A stretch of DNA of 64,000 nt from Trichoplax adhaerens (taxonomy: Eukaryota; Animalia; Placozoa): positions 2,469,740 through 2,533,739 of the forward strand of contig NW_002060947.1 of assembly GCF_000150275.1 (NCBI RefSeq). The letters are read 5' to 3'. This document shows, piece after piece, positions 1 through 13,700 of the stretch. The first letter of the stretch is position 1. Each line of letters begins with the position of its first letter. Both the position numbers and the translations under genes were made by a program. The notes below the pieces were generated by a model. That model was given only the letters and a program-made list of their open reading frames with translations, ran no database searches and had not been told where the DNA came from.

Positions 1-1157
1 TACCACCTAATTACAATGGAAAGGTATCCTCTTCCAATAAAATGAAGAACCGATACGAAGCAGGTCCTGCAGCTCACAACAGCCAATCCGATAACGACAA
101 TTATATATCAGAAAGCGATTTCGATCATTCTAGCAATGGTTTTAAGTCAAGCAAATTCCTTGGCAGCAATACTAGTGATTGCTTTGAAGGTTTAAGGTTT
201 GAAAATCAATCGACTCCCTGGTATCAAGAAATTGCAGAGCTTTCTTATTGTTTACCAAGTAATAAAAAGTCTAATGCGGATGTAAATGAAAGTTCCTACA
301 ATCATAACCGGAAAGTAAACAAAAAACCTGTAATTGGAAACACTGAATCTAAACATTCGATAATCCCCAGCGCTAGTGGCAATCAAAGTCAAAATAGCGA
401 TGACTATCATGATAATAGCAGCGTATGCACTAAAGATCTCGGCCATGACAGCGGTATTGATTCTAGTGCTAGCTATCCACAAAAATTTATTCTGCATTAT
501 CACGATACGGAGAATAGCGTGTCCCACATATGTGATGGTCCCAGAGAAGATACAGGTAAAGGAAAAAGCTATTACACCGATTACGAAGGTCCTAGTCATA
601 CGCAAGTTACCGCTACATTTGCTGTCGACAAATCTCGCAATTGGGTAGGAAAGGATTGTACCGAAGTTAGTCATAGTAACTCGAGACACAAAAGTACAAA
701 CTCACCACAAGACGATACATCATCAACCGATAGCACTTTAGCCACTTCTGATAAAATTTTGAGCTGTAACAACAACCAGAACTTCTATCCCATTAAAAAT
801 AGAGAAAATAGTTTCGATTCTTTAACGCACTACAGCAAGACATCTGCAAGTACTAGTGGCAGTAAAAGCTCAAGAAAGCGTATATCTTACTTATTTGAAG
901 ATAAAGTTGAAAGAAAGTCAGTTACTGGTAGTAATAGTGGTGGATCTTCGTCAACAGAGGGCAGAGGTATCAGCTCTTCGATTAAGAGGGACCGTCGCCG
1001 ATCTTCAAGAAATCAATTGACGTACATAGCAGTCGATGAGAAAAGCAAGAAAGTAGCCAATAGATCAAATGTTAGATCTACAGCTCTTGAATGTGCAACC
1101 AGTAAATCCAAGCGAAAAGGAAAAGGAAAGCTTAGCAGTACTTGCAAAGTCTCATAA
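1..1157 (+). CDS. Terminal exon of an upstream gene: Ser-rich disordered tail ending in a polybasic stretch plus CaaX (KSKRKGKGKLSSTCKVS*); probable Prickle-family paralog
   Basis: The frame is open from position 3 to the stop at 1155-1157. The CaaX end and low-complexity tail mirror the last exon of the adjacent PET-LIM gene. No diagnostic domain lies inside the window, so the identity is inferred. Confidence 0.6.
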   Translation, partial: PPNYNGKVSSSNKMKNRYEAGPAAHNSQSDNDNYISESDFDHSSNGFKSSKFLGSNTSDCFEGLRFENQSTPWYQEIAELSYCLPSNKKSNADVNESSYNHNRKVNKKPVIGNTESKHSIIPSASGNQSQNSDDYHDNSSVCTKDLGHDSGIDSSASYPQKFILHYHDTENSVSHICDGPREDTGKGKSYYTDYEGPSHTQVTATFAVDKSRNWVGKDCTEVSHSNSRHKSTNSPQDDTSSTDSTLATSDKILSCNNNQNFYPIKNRENSFDSLTHYSKTSASTSGSKSSRKRISYLFEDKVERKSVTGSNSGGSSSTEGRGISSSIKRDRRRSSRNQLTYIAVDEKSKKVANRSNVRSTALECATSKSKRKGKGKLSSTCKVS

Positions 1158-2449
1158 GAATGGGCTCTTTAGGATTAGAAACTTCCAACAATGCTATAAT
1201 TATATTCTTGCTAGGTGGATAATGTAAAATAATAATGTTCCAGTCAGTGTGCCAAGATGCTGACTCAAATTAATTAATATAGGGAATGCTTAAATCAAAG
1301 CTCGACTTGGGTACAACATTACGTACTTCAAGATCCTATATCCGGAAATACTTTTTAACTTATACTTACAGTAGATAATTTTTTATTCTACACAATAGAG
1401 GCATTGAGTAGTGTACTGTACCGTAAACCATTTGTAGAAATGTATTTCGTTCAATCGTGGAATCTTCATATGCAGCAACAAATTTTAACTTTTTGTACTT
1501 AAAAATAGTTCTAAGAATCTTTTCAGGAAGCCTTTGTTATCATTCGCCGGGTGTTAATCACGCTTTTTTGAAACAATGTGTGCCAAAATTTGCTTTATTG
1601 GCCTTTATATTCTGTATGTAGCCTAAGTGATTTTAGTACTGCAGTATGGACAAACCTTTGGCTCTGCTCCTGTAAAAATACTGTAATGGAACGTAGACAA
1701 TATGCATATACACTTAGTAATAAGCTGTATGTAAGGACATTAGCGCCTTCTAATCCAAGATTATTTTGACTTTATAACAAAGTATCACTCCTTGGCGTTT
1801 GAAATAATTATATTAATTATTAGACAGCAGAGTCTAGAGCTCTTGTATTGAGATTTTATTCTTCACCAGTCAAAGTCTCACATTTGTAAAATCTTGGCAT
1901 AAAGAAAGTAATATTTAGCTATTCTCGAATTTGTCTCTCGATTATATTTATATGTGTCAATAACATTGATTTTAGCAACTAGCTATTCACTGCTAATCTA
2001 GTATTTTGGCGTCGCTTTTATATAAATTTTATATGAATATTTTTGTTTAAACAATTAAACAGAATTCTCTTGATATCTCATGGTACCGCTGTTAGCGAAA
2101 TGTAAATCGTATTTCATGCAGTCAGTAGTTAATGAAGCGTTGATGTTTAGGCGTGATTTACGCATAGCACACACAACCTAATTATCACAGTAGTGTACAG
2201 TGTAGGTAGGTTGTACACATACTGTACGACGTAGGAGCGTATACCCAAGAACGAAGCCGCATATCACCTTCATGTAATGTGGAATGATGTCAGACAAATA
2301 GAATTTGGTTACTGAACTCACAAATCAAGATTAAAGTATTATACAGAATAAGGATAGTATCCAGTTTAGCAACCTTTTGAGCCATTGATATAGCCATAAA
2401 CTGAACAGTAGCAACCACCCGTAACTATACTATAGTTTCTCAAAGTATA

Positions 2450-2568
2450 CACGGTATAAAGTTACTGAACCTCTGACAGGTCTATCAAATGGTAATACTA
2501 TCAGTTAATTATTAACAAATGAGCACATTATCGTAAACCGTCAGCAAAGCGACGGGAGTTTGTACTAG
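2450..2568 (+). mobile_element. Helitron-like 3' terminus, copy 1
   Basis: Hairpin CCGTC-N8-GACGG (2538-2555) lies about 10 nt before CTAG|T (2565-2568). A closely related copy at 63179-63286 ends at the same CTAGT. Confidence 0.6.
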
Positions 2569-2591
2569 TAAAGATGAAAACCAATTTATTT

Positions 2592-3237
2592 CTACAGTAC
2601 TGTACAGTACTGTATGTTTCTACTGTACCGTAGTGTACCGTACTGTACTGTACAGTACACAACATTACAGTACTGTACAGTACAGTACAACAGAGATTCA
2701 TAGTCGCACAAGAGAAGTGAACGCACTCGTATTACTAAAAAATATGCTGTATCAGTACGAGAGACTATTGAACGGCCGCTAGGCGTCCCTGATCAGTACA
2801 CTGTACAGTACAGTACAGTAGTTGGCTGATCTGCAGTATTGTACTGTACACTGTATAGTGTGATCCTTTTCCAATCCGATGAATCAGCACATATTATATG
2901 CGGGCATTTTTTTTACGAAATCCGTTATATTTTTTATATGTGGAAACAGTAAGCTCTCATGGGCATGCTTTTGCAAGTTTTTGGGGTCAATTAGATGTTT
3001 AAAACGTTTTTTTAACACCATTTATGGGCGTACCGTTATTCTTGTAAAAATTACAGTACTGTATACTGTACTGTAGTTGGTCCCAGTGTACAGTACAGTA
3101 GCATGGTTCTAGATACTGTACTGTACTGTACTGTACTGTATATTGTTTGGAGCCCTGATCAGTAGAGTACTGTACAGTGTACAGTACTGTACAGTACAGT
3201 AATGTGTTTACAACGAGTACAGTACAGTACTGTACAG
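2592..3237. repeat. Cluster of mixed (TACAG/TACTG)n arrays upstream of the Prickle-like gene
   Basis: For example TA-CAG-TA-CTG-TA-CAG-TA-CTG-TA at 2592, with further runs at about 2795-2860 and 3052-3237. Confidence 0.95.
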
Positions 3238-3366
3238 CTTTTTATTTATTTATCTTAAACAGACTATAACAACAGAGCAGAGTGGATAAAAACCGCTTGT
3301 ACGATTCTTACGACACACATTCTGCGGCAAACGCAACTTGAAATTTCTTATCAACAAATTAATAAA

Positions 3367-6300
3367 ATGGCTTTCAGTATGAGAAGGAGAAAGGTTAGTA
3401 ATTAATTTCTAAAATTTACTGTAATGTAGCGAAAGTATAAACTTTATAAACTTCACATAAAGATTTCATTAAACTATGTTAACTTGATACATTATGGTAC
3501 GTATGTAAGAAAAATATATGCTGACATGCCGTAGTGTGACCATACTATATGGTATGCGTAGTAAAATAATGTATAATTTAGCGATGAAATGAATGCGAAA
3601 TATCAGTATTACTGTCCAGTATAGCAATGTATACGTACGTTAGTTTTATCGTTTTTATGATATTAACCCTTCATGTCGTGAACCGTAAAGATTTTCCCTT
3701 GACCTAAAGTACATGACCATCATTAGGATAGTTTATCATGTAATTTTTGTTATCCTAAATAATTCATTATGAAACTCAGTCATGAGTTATATTACATGCT
3801 ATCAGAGTTTCATGCTAACAATTTAAGTATAACGAAAGTTATAATACAAGTCAATTTGTTACAGGGACTGCAAATTTTGTTTCAATTTTAACTGGAAAAT
3901 CAATACAAAATTGGTTTATAAATTAATATGCTGGATTAACATGATGTTGCACTATGTTACGCTCACTAAACTAAGTTAAACTCGGAGAATTGTAGTCGTA
4001 AATGAGATTCTGATGTGTATTTAACGTACAGTGCGGTTAAGGAATTCTCTTAGAGAAGTCCCTTGTATAGTCCATGTTCATTTAGTTAATTATAATAATC
4101 ATACTGCAGAGATGAAGCCTTTTCTTTACCTCTATGTTTTTTAACTTTCAAGTTCGGTCTTTCTTTTCATAGCCAGCAGAAGCAACTCGCGACTCTGATA
4201 CTGGCCGACCTTGCTTAAAATGTCGCCAAAAATGTCCTGGATTTTGTCACCACTCTTGGAGGTAAGAATAATCCCTATAGTTTTATTACATTTTTCATTA
4301 CTTGGACGTTTTTATGCGAAAGTACGTCTGGTAAGAGGATGTTGATGTACAAAAATGCGATGACTCAGACTATTTTTTACTCTAATATTGTATTGTCGTC
4401 CATCGCATGTCAATACCCTGCACAGTACTTAAAACCAAATTTTAGATTGAAATAAATATAAATCATAGTAGACCTTACGAATACTGTAGATAACATCAGT
4501 CGGTATTTTCAGTCAGAAACATCACATAGTATTTATTATAATTAATAATGCAATTCAAGATTGAAAGACGAATGCTTTCTACTGTAATTTATTATATGGT
4601 TAGGCCCTGAGCTGTAAAGCTTAAGCTTTGTATACGAGTGATTTATGTTGTTCTGTGATATCATGGTGCATATTTGTGTACTGTATACTGATAAAAATTA
4701 GAGACCTGTAATGTTTACCAATCGATTCATGAATATTACAGCAATGCCATAAAGTTTAGATACTATGAATTATACTGCATAAATCGACACTCAAGTTAGT
4801 GACGAGCAATGCCACGATAAACACTCAAATTAATGGACAGTTTCGATAATTCTGAAATCTTTCGTAGATTGGGCCTTGTTCGGAAAACACAGTCGTTTTT
4901 AACATCATTTTTTGAAATGTCTTAACATACTGTATGATATGTAGGTATGATGTTATCATGAACTGCTGAAAAAGTATCTTTAATTCGCATTTATAGCTTG
5001 CAGTATAGCATTGAGTGTAGATTATGCTGTGCGAAGAATAGTTTGAAAGAAATAGAAAATTAGTATTTGCGAAGGTATTGAAATTTGTTCAATATACCGT
5101 ACAGACATAGAATGCACTATGGTAAGCCGATATCATTTGCTGCCTTCGCTTTTTCATACCAGATATGAGAAATTATGTAATGCTGTACTGTATACTACAA
5201 TATCAGATAACAATATTTCAGTAAACCCATTCATGATGTCTATTTATGTTATACGATCATTGAACTCACAAAGAGAATATATATATGCATATCGATGAGC
5301 AAAGCGACTTTCTGATCAGAATATCGATCATACTGGTTTCTAATCACGGTTATTGGCTGTAGACCGTCAAATGTTGGCAACCTAACCTCCTACCATATTC
5401 TATCTCTACTTCTACAGTCAATATGAAAAATTGTTTCACACGAATCTCTAAAACAGGCTATGAAATTAAGCTAAATGTGGCCCAAAATTATTCTTATATG
5501 ACTTGATATGATCCTATAAGATGAAGTACACTTTTGAAACAAATCTAATTTGTGAAATTACATAAGTCTAAATTATTGTTCCGCAACCCTCTTTCTTATT
5601 CTTAAAGAAAAATTTGCCGTCACTGTAAATGTTCAAAGAGTGAACACGATATATTAGCCGATGATCATGAAAGATTTGTTGAAAAAATGATATTTGAATA
5701 TTATAAAGTAAATGGACTATCAGACTTTAATATAAATCCTGCGATTGAGGAATATGCATGGACGCCGCCCGCATTATCAATTCGACAGGTATTATAACGT
5801 AATATTTTGTAAGACACTTAAGTAATTCATGTATATTCGTAAGATCTGGTTGTACTCATTTGCATCAACTATAATATAATTAATTAATGTAGATTGAAGC
5901 CTACTTTGACTGCTTACCAAAAGAAAACGTTCCAATCATTGACAGTGTCGGTAAGATTTAAACAAAAGATTTAAACAAAATTACGGAATACGTTTTATAC
6001 TTTTACGTGCTTCCGTTCGTTAGCAAAGCTATCAAATATCGACTATTCGCTGTACCTGCATAAATTAAAATCGGTCAAGGTTTGCAAAAATAAATTATTC
6101 ATTTAGTAAAATAGCAGCTGGATTACGTAATTGATACTTGGTAGGTTAAAGATGTGATTCAGTTGATTCTAGCATTCTACATAGGAATTGAACAAGGTTA
6201 ACCATATCAAGTAATCTTTTGTAGATAAGGACTTCTGTAATACTTATCACAAGCATCCTTCCTATAATATAATGCGCATATAGTAACGTTACTTATGGGT

Positions 6301-8560
6301 TAGATGTCTAGTAATAAGTAAAATCTTGATAAAAAAGGACGTGCAGGTGTTTACAAAATGGCATTGCAGTAGTCCAAATGATCACCTATACAATTCGTAA
6401 AATGTAATCATTCATGCAACTTTCTTATTGCCTAGGTGATAGATACCGAATTCAACAGCTACTTTATCAGCATCCAGCTCATGACTATGACCCGAAATTT
6501 TGTTACCGGCTATCAGAAGAGGAGAAGAAAAAGCATAGGCAGTTTTCTGCTACACGCAAAAAAGATGCGTTTGGCCAAGCAACCGTGAGAACAATAGGAT
6601 CTAGAATGAATGGCCATGAATGCGCTGAAGTGAGTTATGCTACACCTTTGGTATAGTAAAAGTACCACCTTTGCTTAATTAAATTATTAGTCGCATAGTT
6701 ATGCTCGTAAGTTTAAGATCGACCTCACAGTTAATGTCATACTGTAATACCTGGATAAGATTCGATTTCTTGCATTTTAACTTGCTCTCGTAAAAAAATA
6801 TCCAATCACCACAATAATTATACAAATTACCTACGTGAATCAAGATTTAGAACCTTTTTAAAAGTTTCTGGAATTTTCTTAAAAACTTCTTGCTAATCCA
6901 GAATGTTGTTTTTAGTGTGGAGAACAATTAAATCATGGGGAGTTAGGATTATTCGCATCGCATGCAGTTCCTGAAAACTTGGTTTGGCACCCAGAATGTT
7001 TTATTTGCTGCGTTTGTGAAAATGGATTAGTAGACTTGATCTATTATTACAAGGATGGTGAAGTTTATTGTGGGCGGCATCATGCCGATTCCGTAAAACC
7101 TAGATGCAATGCCTGTGACGAAGTATTATTTATTTTATTTTTATATTCGTTTCTAATAATACAAAACCACATTGATAAATATTTTCCTGAATTAACAGAT
7201 AATCTTCACTGAGGAATGTATTCAAGCACATGGGCGAACTTGGCACACTGATCACTTTGTTTGTTACGAATGCGAATGTAGACTTGGTAGCAGAAATCAA
7301 TATATTATGAGGGATGGACAACCGTATTGTTGCAGGTGCTTCGAGAGTAAGTATAATGGAAATAAAGTTATCTGGGCTTAGAAATATAGTAGTACATCAT
7401 AGCTTAAATAGTGCCGTACTACTGAGTGCTGTATTAATAATGCGATAATATAACTGTTATAGAATGTCAGTACTATTGCACCTTATTTTTATATAGGTTT
7501 GTATGCAGTATATTGTGAATCATGCGGAGAGATGATAGAATTAAATGACGGTCACATGGCTCATAACGACATGCATTGGCACGCAAGTGATGATTGTTTC
7601 AGCTGTAGCGAATGTAATCAGTCTTTGCTCGGAAAAACTTTTTTGCCAAAGCATGGGAAATTATACTGTTCGGTTGCCTGTTTTAAGATAGGTCGTATGC
7701 CAAGCGAATATGGCGGTTCGGAGGAGTCTTTAGTTGAGTATAGCGACTGTGATATAAACCATCCGCAACCCCCTACTAGCAGTGTTAAAGACATTGGAGT
7801 TGGTATTAGAGGGCAACTAAATGTTATTCAAAATAGTAGCGAACGCAAATTGAAAAACTCTCAAACCAATCGGAAATACTGGAACCGTCATGAACAAGAT
7901 CATATAGGATCAAGCGAAGTCATTCCTGAATCATTTACAGGAGCTTCTTCAGGATTAGCGTATTCCAGGAGTCAAAAACTTAACTCCTATAGATCTCGCG
8001 ACAACAATGCAGAATTTTCGAAAAATAATTCCAATATCCGTCGCTCTAGATCTCGATCAAATGGTCATGACTCGGCTCAATCAAATCCGAATAATCAAAT
8101 AGAAGTAGAAACTGCTAGTGCAAATGATCATTATAATTATAATAATCCTACGAAAAATCCTCAGCATAGAAAATCTCCAAAACAAAAGAAATACACTAAA
8201 AATGAAACAATGGCCCTTGAGGGTCCCAGTTCAGAATTGAAATTTAAGAAATATTCGTCTATAGATAGAATAGGTGAGGGTATAGCATATGCTCAACCGC
8301 TTGACAGAATTAGAGAAGCGGATCAAAGTATTCTTGTTGCAAAAGGATATAAGAAATCGGAATGTATAACTGGTTCTTCGAGTGACGACTCTCAGCCCGA
8401 CACCAATGTGACTTTTAATTTAGTTGGAAAATTAGATATACAGAGAGGCAAGTCTCCACAAAAAGTTAGCACGGCTAATAGTTTTAACGAATCCAGAAAA
8501 GAGAAGAAAGTACGCATTGTTGATGAAGCCGTTGACAAATCAAAATGTATTGTTATGTAA
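3367..8560 (+). CDS. Prickle3/testin-like protein: N-terminal Cys-rich domain, PET domain, three LIM domains, disordered tail, CaaX (CIVM)
   Basis: GT-AG exons 3367-3393, 4173-4261, 5608-5788, 5893-5950, 6436-6629, 6916-7122, 7199-7346 and 7497-8560 join in frame. Motifs: [67 protein letters not shown], C-terminal KCIVM. Confidence 0.92.
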
Positions 8561-8719
8561 TTGGAACGCAATGGTTCTCGATGCCAAATGTAACTGATTC
8601 AACTTTGTTTAAAACGGTAAAATGCTACGATTTTGTATATAAATGCAGTAAAATTATGCGCATGCATATGTAAGACTGTTTCTAAAAGGACGATTAAATT
8701 AAATAATTATTACACTTTC

Positions 8720-8760
8720 CATGGACTACTAGATTATACCGGTACATCTAGTAGTCCATG
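8720..8760. repeat. 41-bp mini inverted-repeat element with perfect 15-bp arms CATGGACTACTAGAT
   Basis: Arms at 8720-8734 and 8746-8760 with an 11-nt spacer. Related half-copies at about 43563 and 63550. Confidence 0.75.
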
Positions 8761-9957
8761 CACTTACTAATATATAATTAACTCTTGTCGTATCTGTTAC
8801 TCCTTCACTTAAAAACAAATAAATTGTATTTATGATACCGTAATTATAATTACACTGTAGTATAGAAACACTAGGTTAGTCTGTGCCACTACGAAATACT
8901 TTCCACTGTAATGTAGATAGTGAGATTGATAGATGGCGTAATTAGCTATAACTCCCCAAGACAATGTAATCTTACTCTGTTATGCAAACGTACATGTACT
9001 ATGGTATGCAGTAAATTCTACTGTACAGTATATTATATTCTGTATAATTATAACTTTCAAACTACAATTTTATACTCAGTATTACAGAATTTATCACGAT
9101 CTTGCCCTAACCGTAGCAATTGTTATACTGTTCTGTGGGTGCAACTTTGTGTAAGTATAGCGACGCAAAGTCTGTTGAGGTTCCTCCTAGACTACTGTAA
9201 GTGTACTGAATATCGTACACTTTCTTTATCTTACAGTACAGTTTTACCTATGAAATGTTATACTTTCATAAATGGGTAATTAATTTATTATTAATGATAT
9301 CATGCGCATTTTAGGACTTCGAACACTATACCTGTAAGGGTCTACTTTTGTTACAAAGTAAAATTTTAACTGTGTGCAATAGGGACTAATCAAATTATAT
9401 ATCCCATTTTGCAAATTTAAATAAATCGTCGCTTATTTTAAAGAATAAAGCATATTTTAGTTCATTGTAATCTGACTAATAATATTGACTATAAACTGTA
9501 AAAAAATTATAGCATATGCAAGTATAATCCTAGCAAAAATTCGAAATTTTGTTAGTACTCTGTTCACCAGCTGTCTTTCATTTAGGGTAAAACACTGTAC
9601 AGTATACGCTATGATATATCTTACATATGGAGAGACCTTTACACGTACACCATAGTGTAAATTAAGCCCCTAAATACAGTGAAACTAGACCTATAAAACT
9701 AGATCCGCATGAATTAACTCTTAAAATGTAGAATATGAAAGCAGAAATCTTCTAAAACATAGGTAACCAGTTATAAATAAAACATTTAAACGGCATTCTT
9801 ATAGCTGTAGATTTTAAACGAAAGAGCTAACGATACTTAGCAAAAAAGAATGAGAAATGACAGCTGTTTAATGTCATCAAGACACCGGTAATTGTACTCA
9901 TAGACCTAAAATGTTACTCTACAAAAATGGGTAGCTTTGAGATAACTAATCCCTGCC

Positions 9958-10233
9958 AGGGACCTCTCAAGTCGAAAGGACAGAAGGACGCAAAACGAAC
10001 GTTTCCTATACGAGAAATTTGGGGCCGACTATTAAACTTTCTATTTTAACTGTATTAAAAGACCATCCGTGCGTAGCATTGTCTACATCAGCGCTTCATA
10101 ACGCTGGTACCGAATATTGCAGCAGTGTAACTGTACAGTACGATAAAGTGACCAGAAAAATGACAGGTCTCCCAATTTCTAGCGATGAACGACCGTTTTG
10201 CGTCCATCTTTCCTTCCGAATTGAGAGGTCCCT
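9958..10233. mobile_element. Non-autonomous MITE, probably Mutator (MULE) type
   Basis: Imperfect TIRs of about 65-70 bp run from AGGGACCTCTCAA to TTGAGAGGTCCCT. The flanking 9-mers ATCCCTGCC and ATCCCTGAT match at 7 of 9 positions and look like a 9-bp target-site duplication. Confidence 0.75.
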
Positions 10234-10706
10234 ATCCCTGATAATACAAAGTTCTTATGATATATTCTTCACGAAGTTTGATAGCTATAATTTAACAGTT
10301 TAACTTCCGTATATTTCTTTATACTACAGAATATATACAGTATACTGTATATGAAACGAAGATAATACAATGGGTTATTACGGGATCTTATAATTAGCTA
10401 TCTGTTACTAATTGGTCTACCATAAATAACCGAGCAACTACATTTTGTATAAAGTTTATTTAATCTCCCAATGCATAATAAAATCAATACTCAAATAATA
10501 TTGTGATACGATAGATACATTGTAAAAGTATATATGCCGTATACCATATATACAAGCTTATAACGTAGGCATAAAGAAATTGTAATTTAAAGAGTTAACA
10601 AATCATTGGCATTGACATTCATTAACCGACGTAAACAAATTTAAATTGGACTTAAACCACCAAATTAACTTAAAGAACCGCAGGTATACAACAGAATGAA
10701 CTAATT

Positions 10707-13700
10707 TCAAATTTCAATAGATTTTTGGTTGGGCTTCCTAATATGCCGCATGTTACTACCATTTTGAGTCGGTTTAAAAGGCGCATTAACCCCATAAGGT
10801 CGTGGTATTGGCAATTCTGTATCATCATCTGGTATATATGCATTCGGTCTTGGCTCTGCTGTTGTAGATATACCACCTGGCAGCATGCATTTCTGCTCTT
10901 CTTCGCTGATCTGTATTATCATGATTACATTAAAAACAGATTTTGTAAAAAATTCTTATCCAAATAGAAACAAAATGAAAATCACTAAAAATATCATCCT
11001 ACTTGTAACAAGGCTTGTTTATCACGAACTCGTTGAGATTCATTCCTTTGCTGTTTTTGCCACTCTTGCTCAATTTCCATTGATGGAGCTTCACCCATTT
11101 CCATTCTAACGTAACACTGCTCAAGCACTCTTTCTCTCTCTTTAACAATTTCCTGAAATTTCATTGTTTGAGCCTATACACACATATTTTATAGAGAAAT
11201 TTAATTAATAAATACATTTATTATACATACCAGCTATATACATCGCATATATATATATGTACTCGTAATTATAATTTCAAAGAGGCAAAAAAGTATCCTT
11301 CCAATTCAAGGCTTATATTAACCGTAAGATGCAATATCAATATACGCGTATCTATACCATATTTATTGATTCTATAAACGCTATATAAATATTTGTTGAA
11401 AGGATCATTTCAATAATTGCATGGAACCATTAATGTTGTAAGCTTAAGAGTAACTATAGTTAAGAAATTCCTAGCTGTAGGTGTCTTGCATTAATACAAG
11501 TATGTTAAATTTGAATCAGTAAAATAAAATTATAGCTGAATCTTTACTTTAGACTTTAAACATTACATATTACTTATTACGTAAATGTCTTGAAATGAGC
11601 ACATTTTTGAATGAGTAAGGATTAGCTATACCGAAGAAAGATAAAGCATAAACACTATACAACTCAAACCTGATTCATGGATAGTTCCGATATCTTTGAC
11701 ATCGTTTTGCGGGTCATCTCCTTAATTCTGTTCTTTAAGTCGTTAACCTTTAAAAAATTGAGAGGATGAGATATGGAATAAATTGTTTACCTAAGTCTCA
11801 TTGAGTTACCATTCTAGCCAAATTTAGAGTATCATCTTTCCTAGAATTCATCTTTTCTTCTGCTCTCTCAACTAGTCTAGAAATTTCTTCCAGAATTAAA
11901 TCCTTTTCCAATAAAAATTCCTCTTTTTCGGATAATCTAATTTCAAGCTATTGGGTTACAAACTGCATGTTAAGATGTTATGGTTAAATAATCAATATCC
12001 AATGTAATCATTACTTCACCCCTTCAATTCTCTTATGTACTTCCTCTAAAGACATGTCTTTTCCATCAAGAAACCTTATTCTTTTAAAATTATCTGGAGA
12101 TTCTACTAATTTTTCTAATTCTTTTGCTTTATCCTGGACACTTGAAAGCTATAGGTTTGAGGATGTTTAGCACATAACATTACTATCATATATAAGAAAA
12201 CATGAAACAGTACCTCAATTTGCAGCTTAACTAATTCGTCATCGAGGTCTTTTCGTTGTGAAATTTCTTTTCGTGTTACTTCAATAGATCGTTTTAACTC
12301 AGTAATCTGTGAATTTATCATAAAAGTCCACATATAAATCCTAACTACGCAAAGATAGGCATCGAAAGCTTATAGATGACATAATAGGTTTACCTCCATA
12401 TTCATAAAGCGAATCATCTCATCCTTAGCATTTATTTCCAAATTTCCATTCCTAATGACGGTATCTGTTGACAGAAGGTTATCCCACATCATTCAACTTA
12501 GAAGTATAGTATAATATTAAAGTTTAATCATACCAGTGTAGTTGATACACGTTAATATCAGCATACCTTGGATATTTACTTTTTCGTAAAAAACACACAC
12601 TTCTTCATTTCGCTCAATTAACTGAATTCCTCTATAATGGTTAATTGATCATCGGTTGACGTTTGTATGCAAGTAATTACTATTTTAATAAGTAATTAAA
12701 CCCAGAAAAATTATAAGCTACCTTTCATTTCTATCCTTAACTGCTGATTCATAGCGTTCCCTTAACTTTACATCATATTATAACAGATTAGAATGTGATA
12801 ACTTATAACGTTTTACAGTAAAGAAAACACATATTATTAGAATTACCCGGAGCATATCTAATTCAGCTGAATTGATTATTGAATTCAGTTTGGTAATATT
12901 TAAACGCTATTGAGCATTAATATAAAAGAAATTAGTATAAAGTACATTCTCGCTTAATTGATTATGATACCTATTCAATACATGTAATTACTGATCTGAC
13001 CTGCTGCTCAACTTTTTCTCGATTATCTTGCTGAAATTTAAATTGTTTACTCAGTTCGCTTCTTAAACTATCTTTGATAATTATGGAATTGCTATGCTTG
13101 AGCTTAGATTTTTGATACTGCCTAAAGTATTAATAAAAAAGGGAAGAATTTAGACATCGAGGCTGTGATAGAATAGCGAAAACTTATCCATATAGCTTGA
13201 TGATATACGTAGACAGCATATAGCGACGCTAAATTTATTACAAACAATACTCACCTCTCCTTAGCATTTACTGAAGTACGTAAAATTTCAATTTCATTTT
13301 GAAGAATCTTTATTTTTTCTCTCATTTCAGCAGCTCTCTATAAGGAATGTGCATATCAAATTTACTCCAGATATCACCTCACTTACACTCTACATAATGA
13401 ATAATACTGATGTCAGATTATTTTAGTAGCGCTTCCGTACCTGAGTGCTGGTTTGAATTAAATTTACACATTTATTACGATCATTTTTAATTACGTCGTA
13501 TAATTTTGCGAAATCTTTTAATCTTTATTATAAAGCAAAATCAGGCATCATTAGAAATGCTATATCATAACACTATACATTTTTTTTATTAATATAGTTG
13601 CTAGTTACTAATTAACTAAAATCAGTCAATTGTAAACCGTCGCCACTATACCGAATTGTTTAACTACGTACAATTGCACCAAGCAATATAAAATGACAAT

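Noticed and set aside
252-689. Hydrophobic alternative-frame and antisense ORFs (252-689, 376-648, 20072-20374, 48455-48730)
   Set aside because: They are shadows of real exons with no independent support.
2773-2790. Resemblance of GGCCGCTAGGCGTCCCT to the CTCF motif
   Set aside because: It mismatches the G-rich core, CTCF is known only from bilaterians, and a TIR remnant is a simpler explanation.
11293-11300. GTATCCTT U12-type donor motif
   Set aside because: It is on the wrong strand for CCDC146. The similar site at 43681 lies inside a coding exon.
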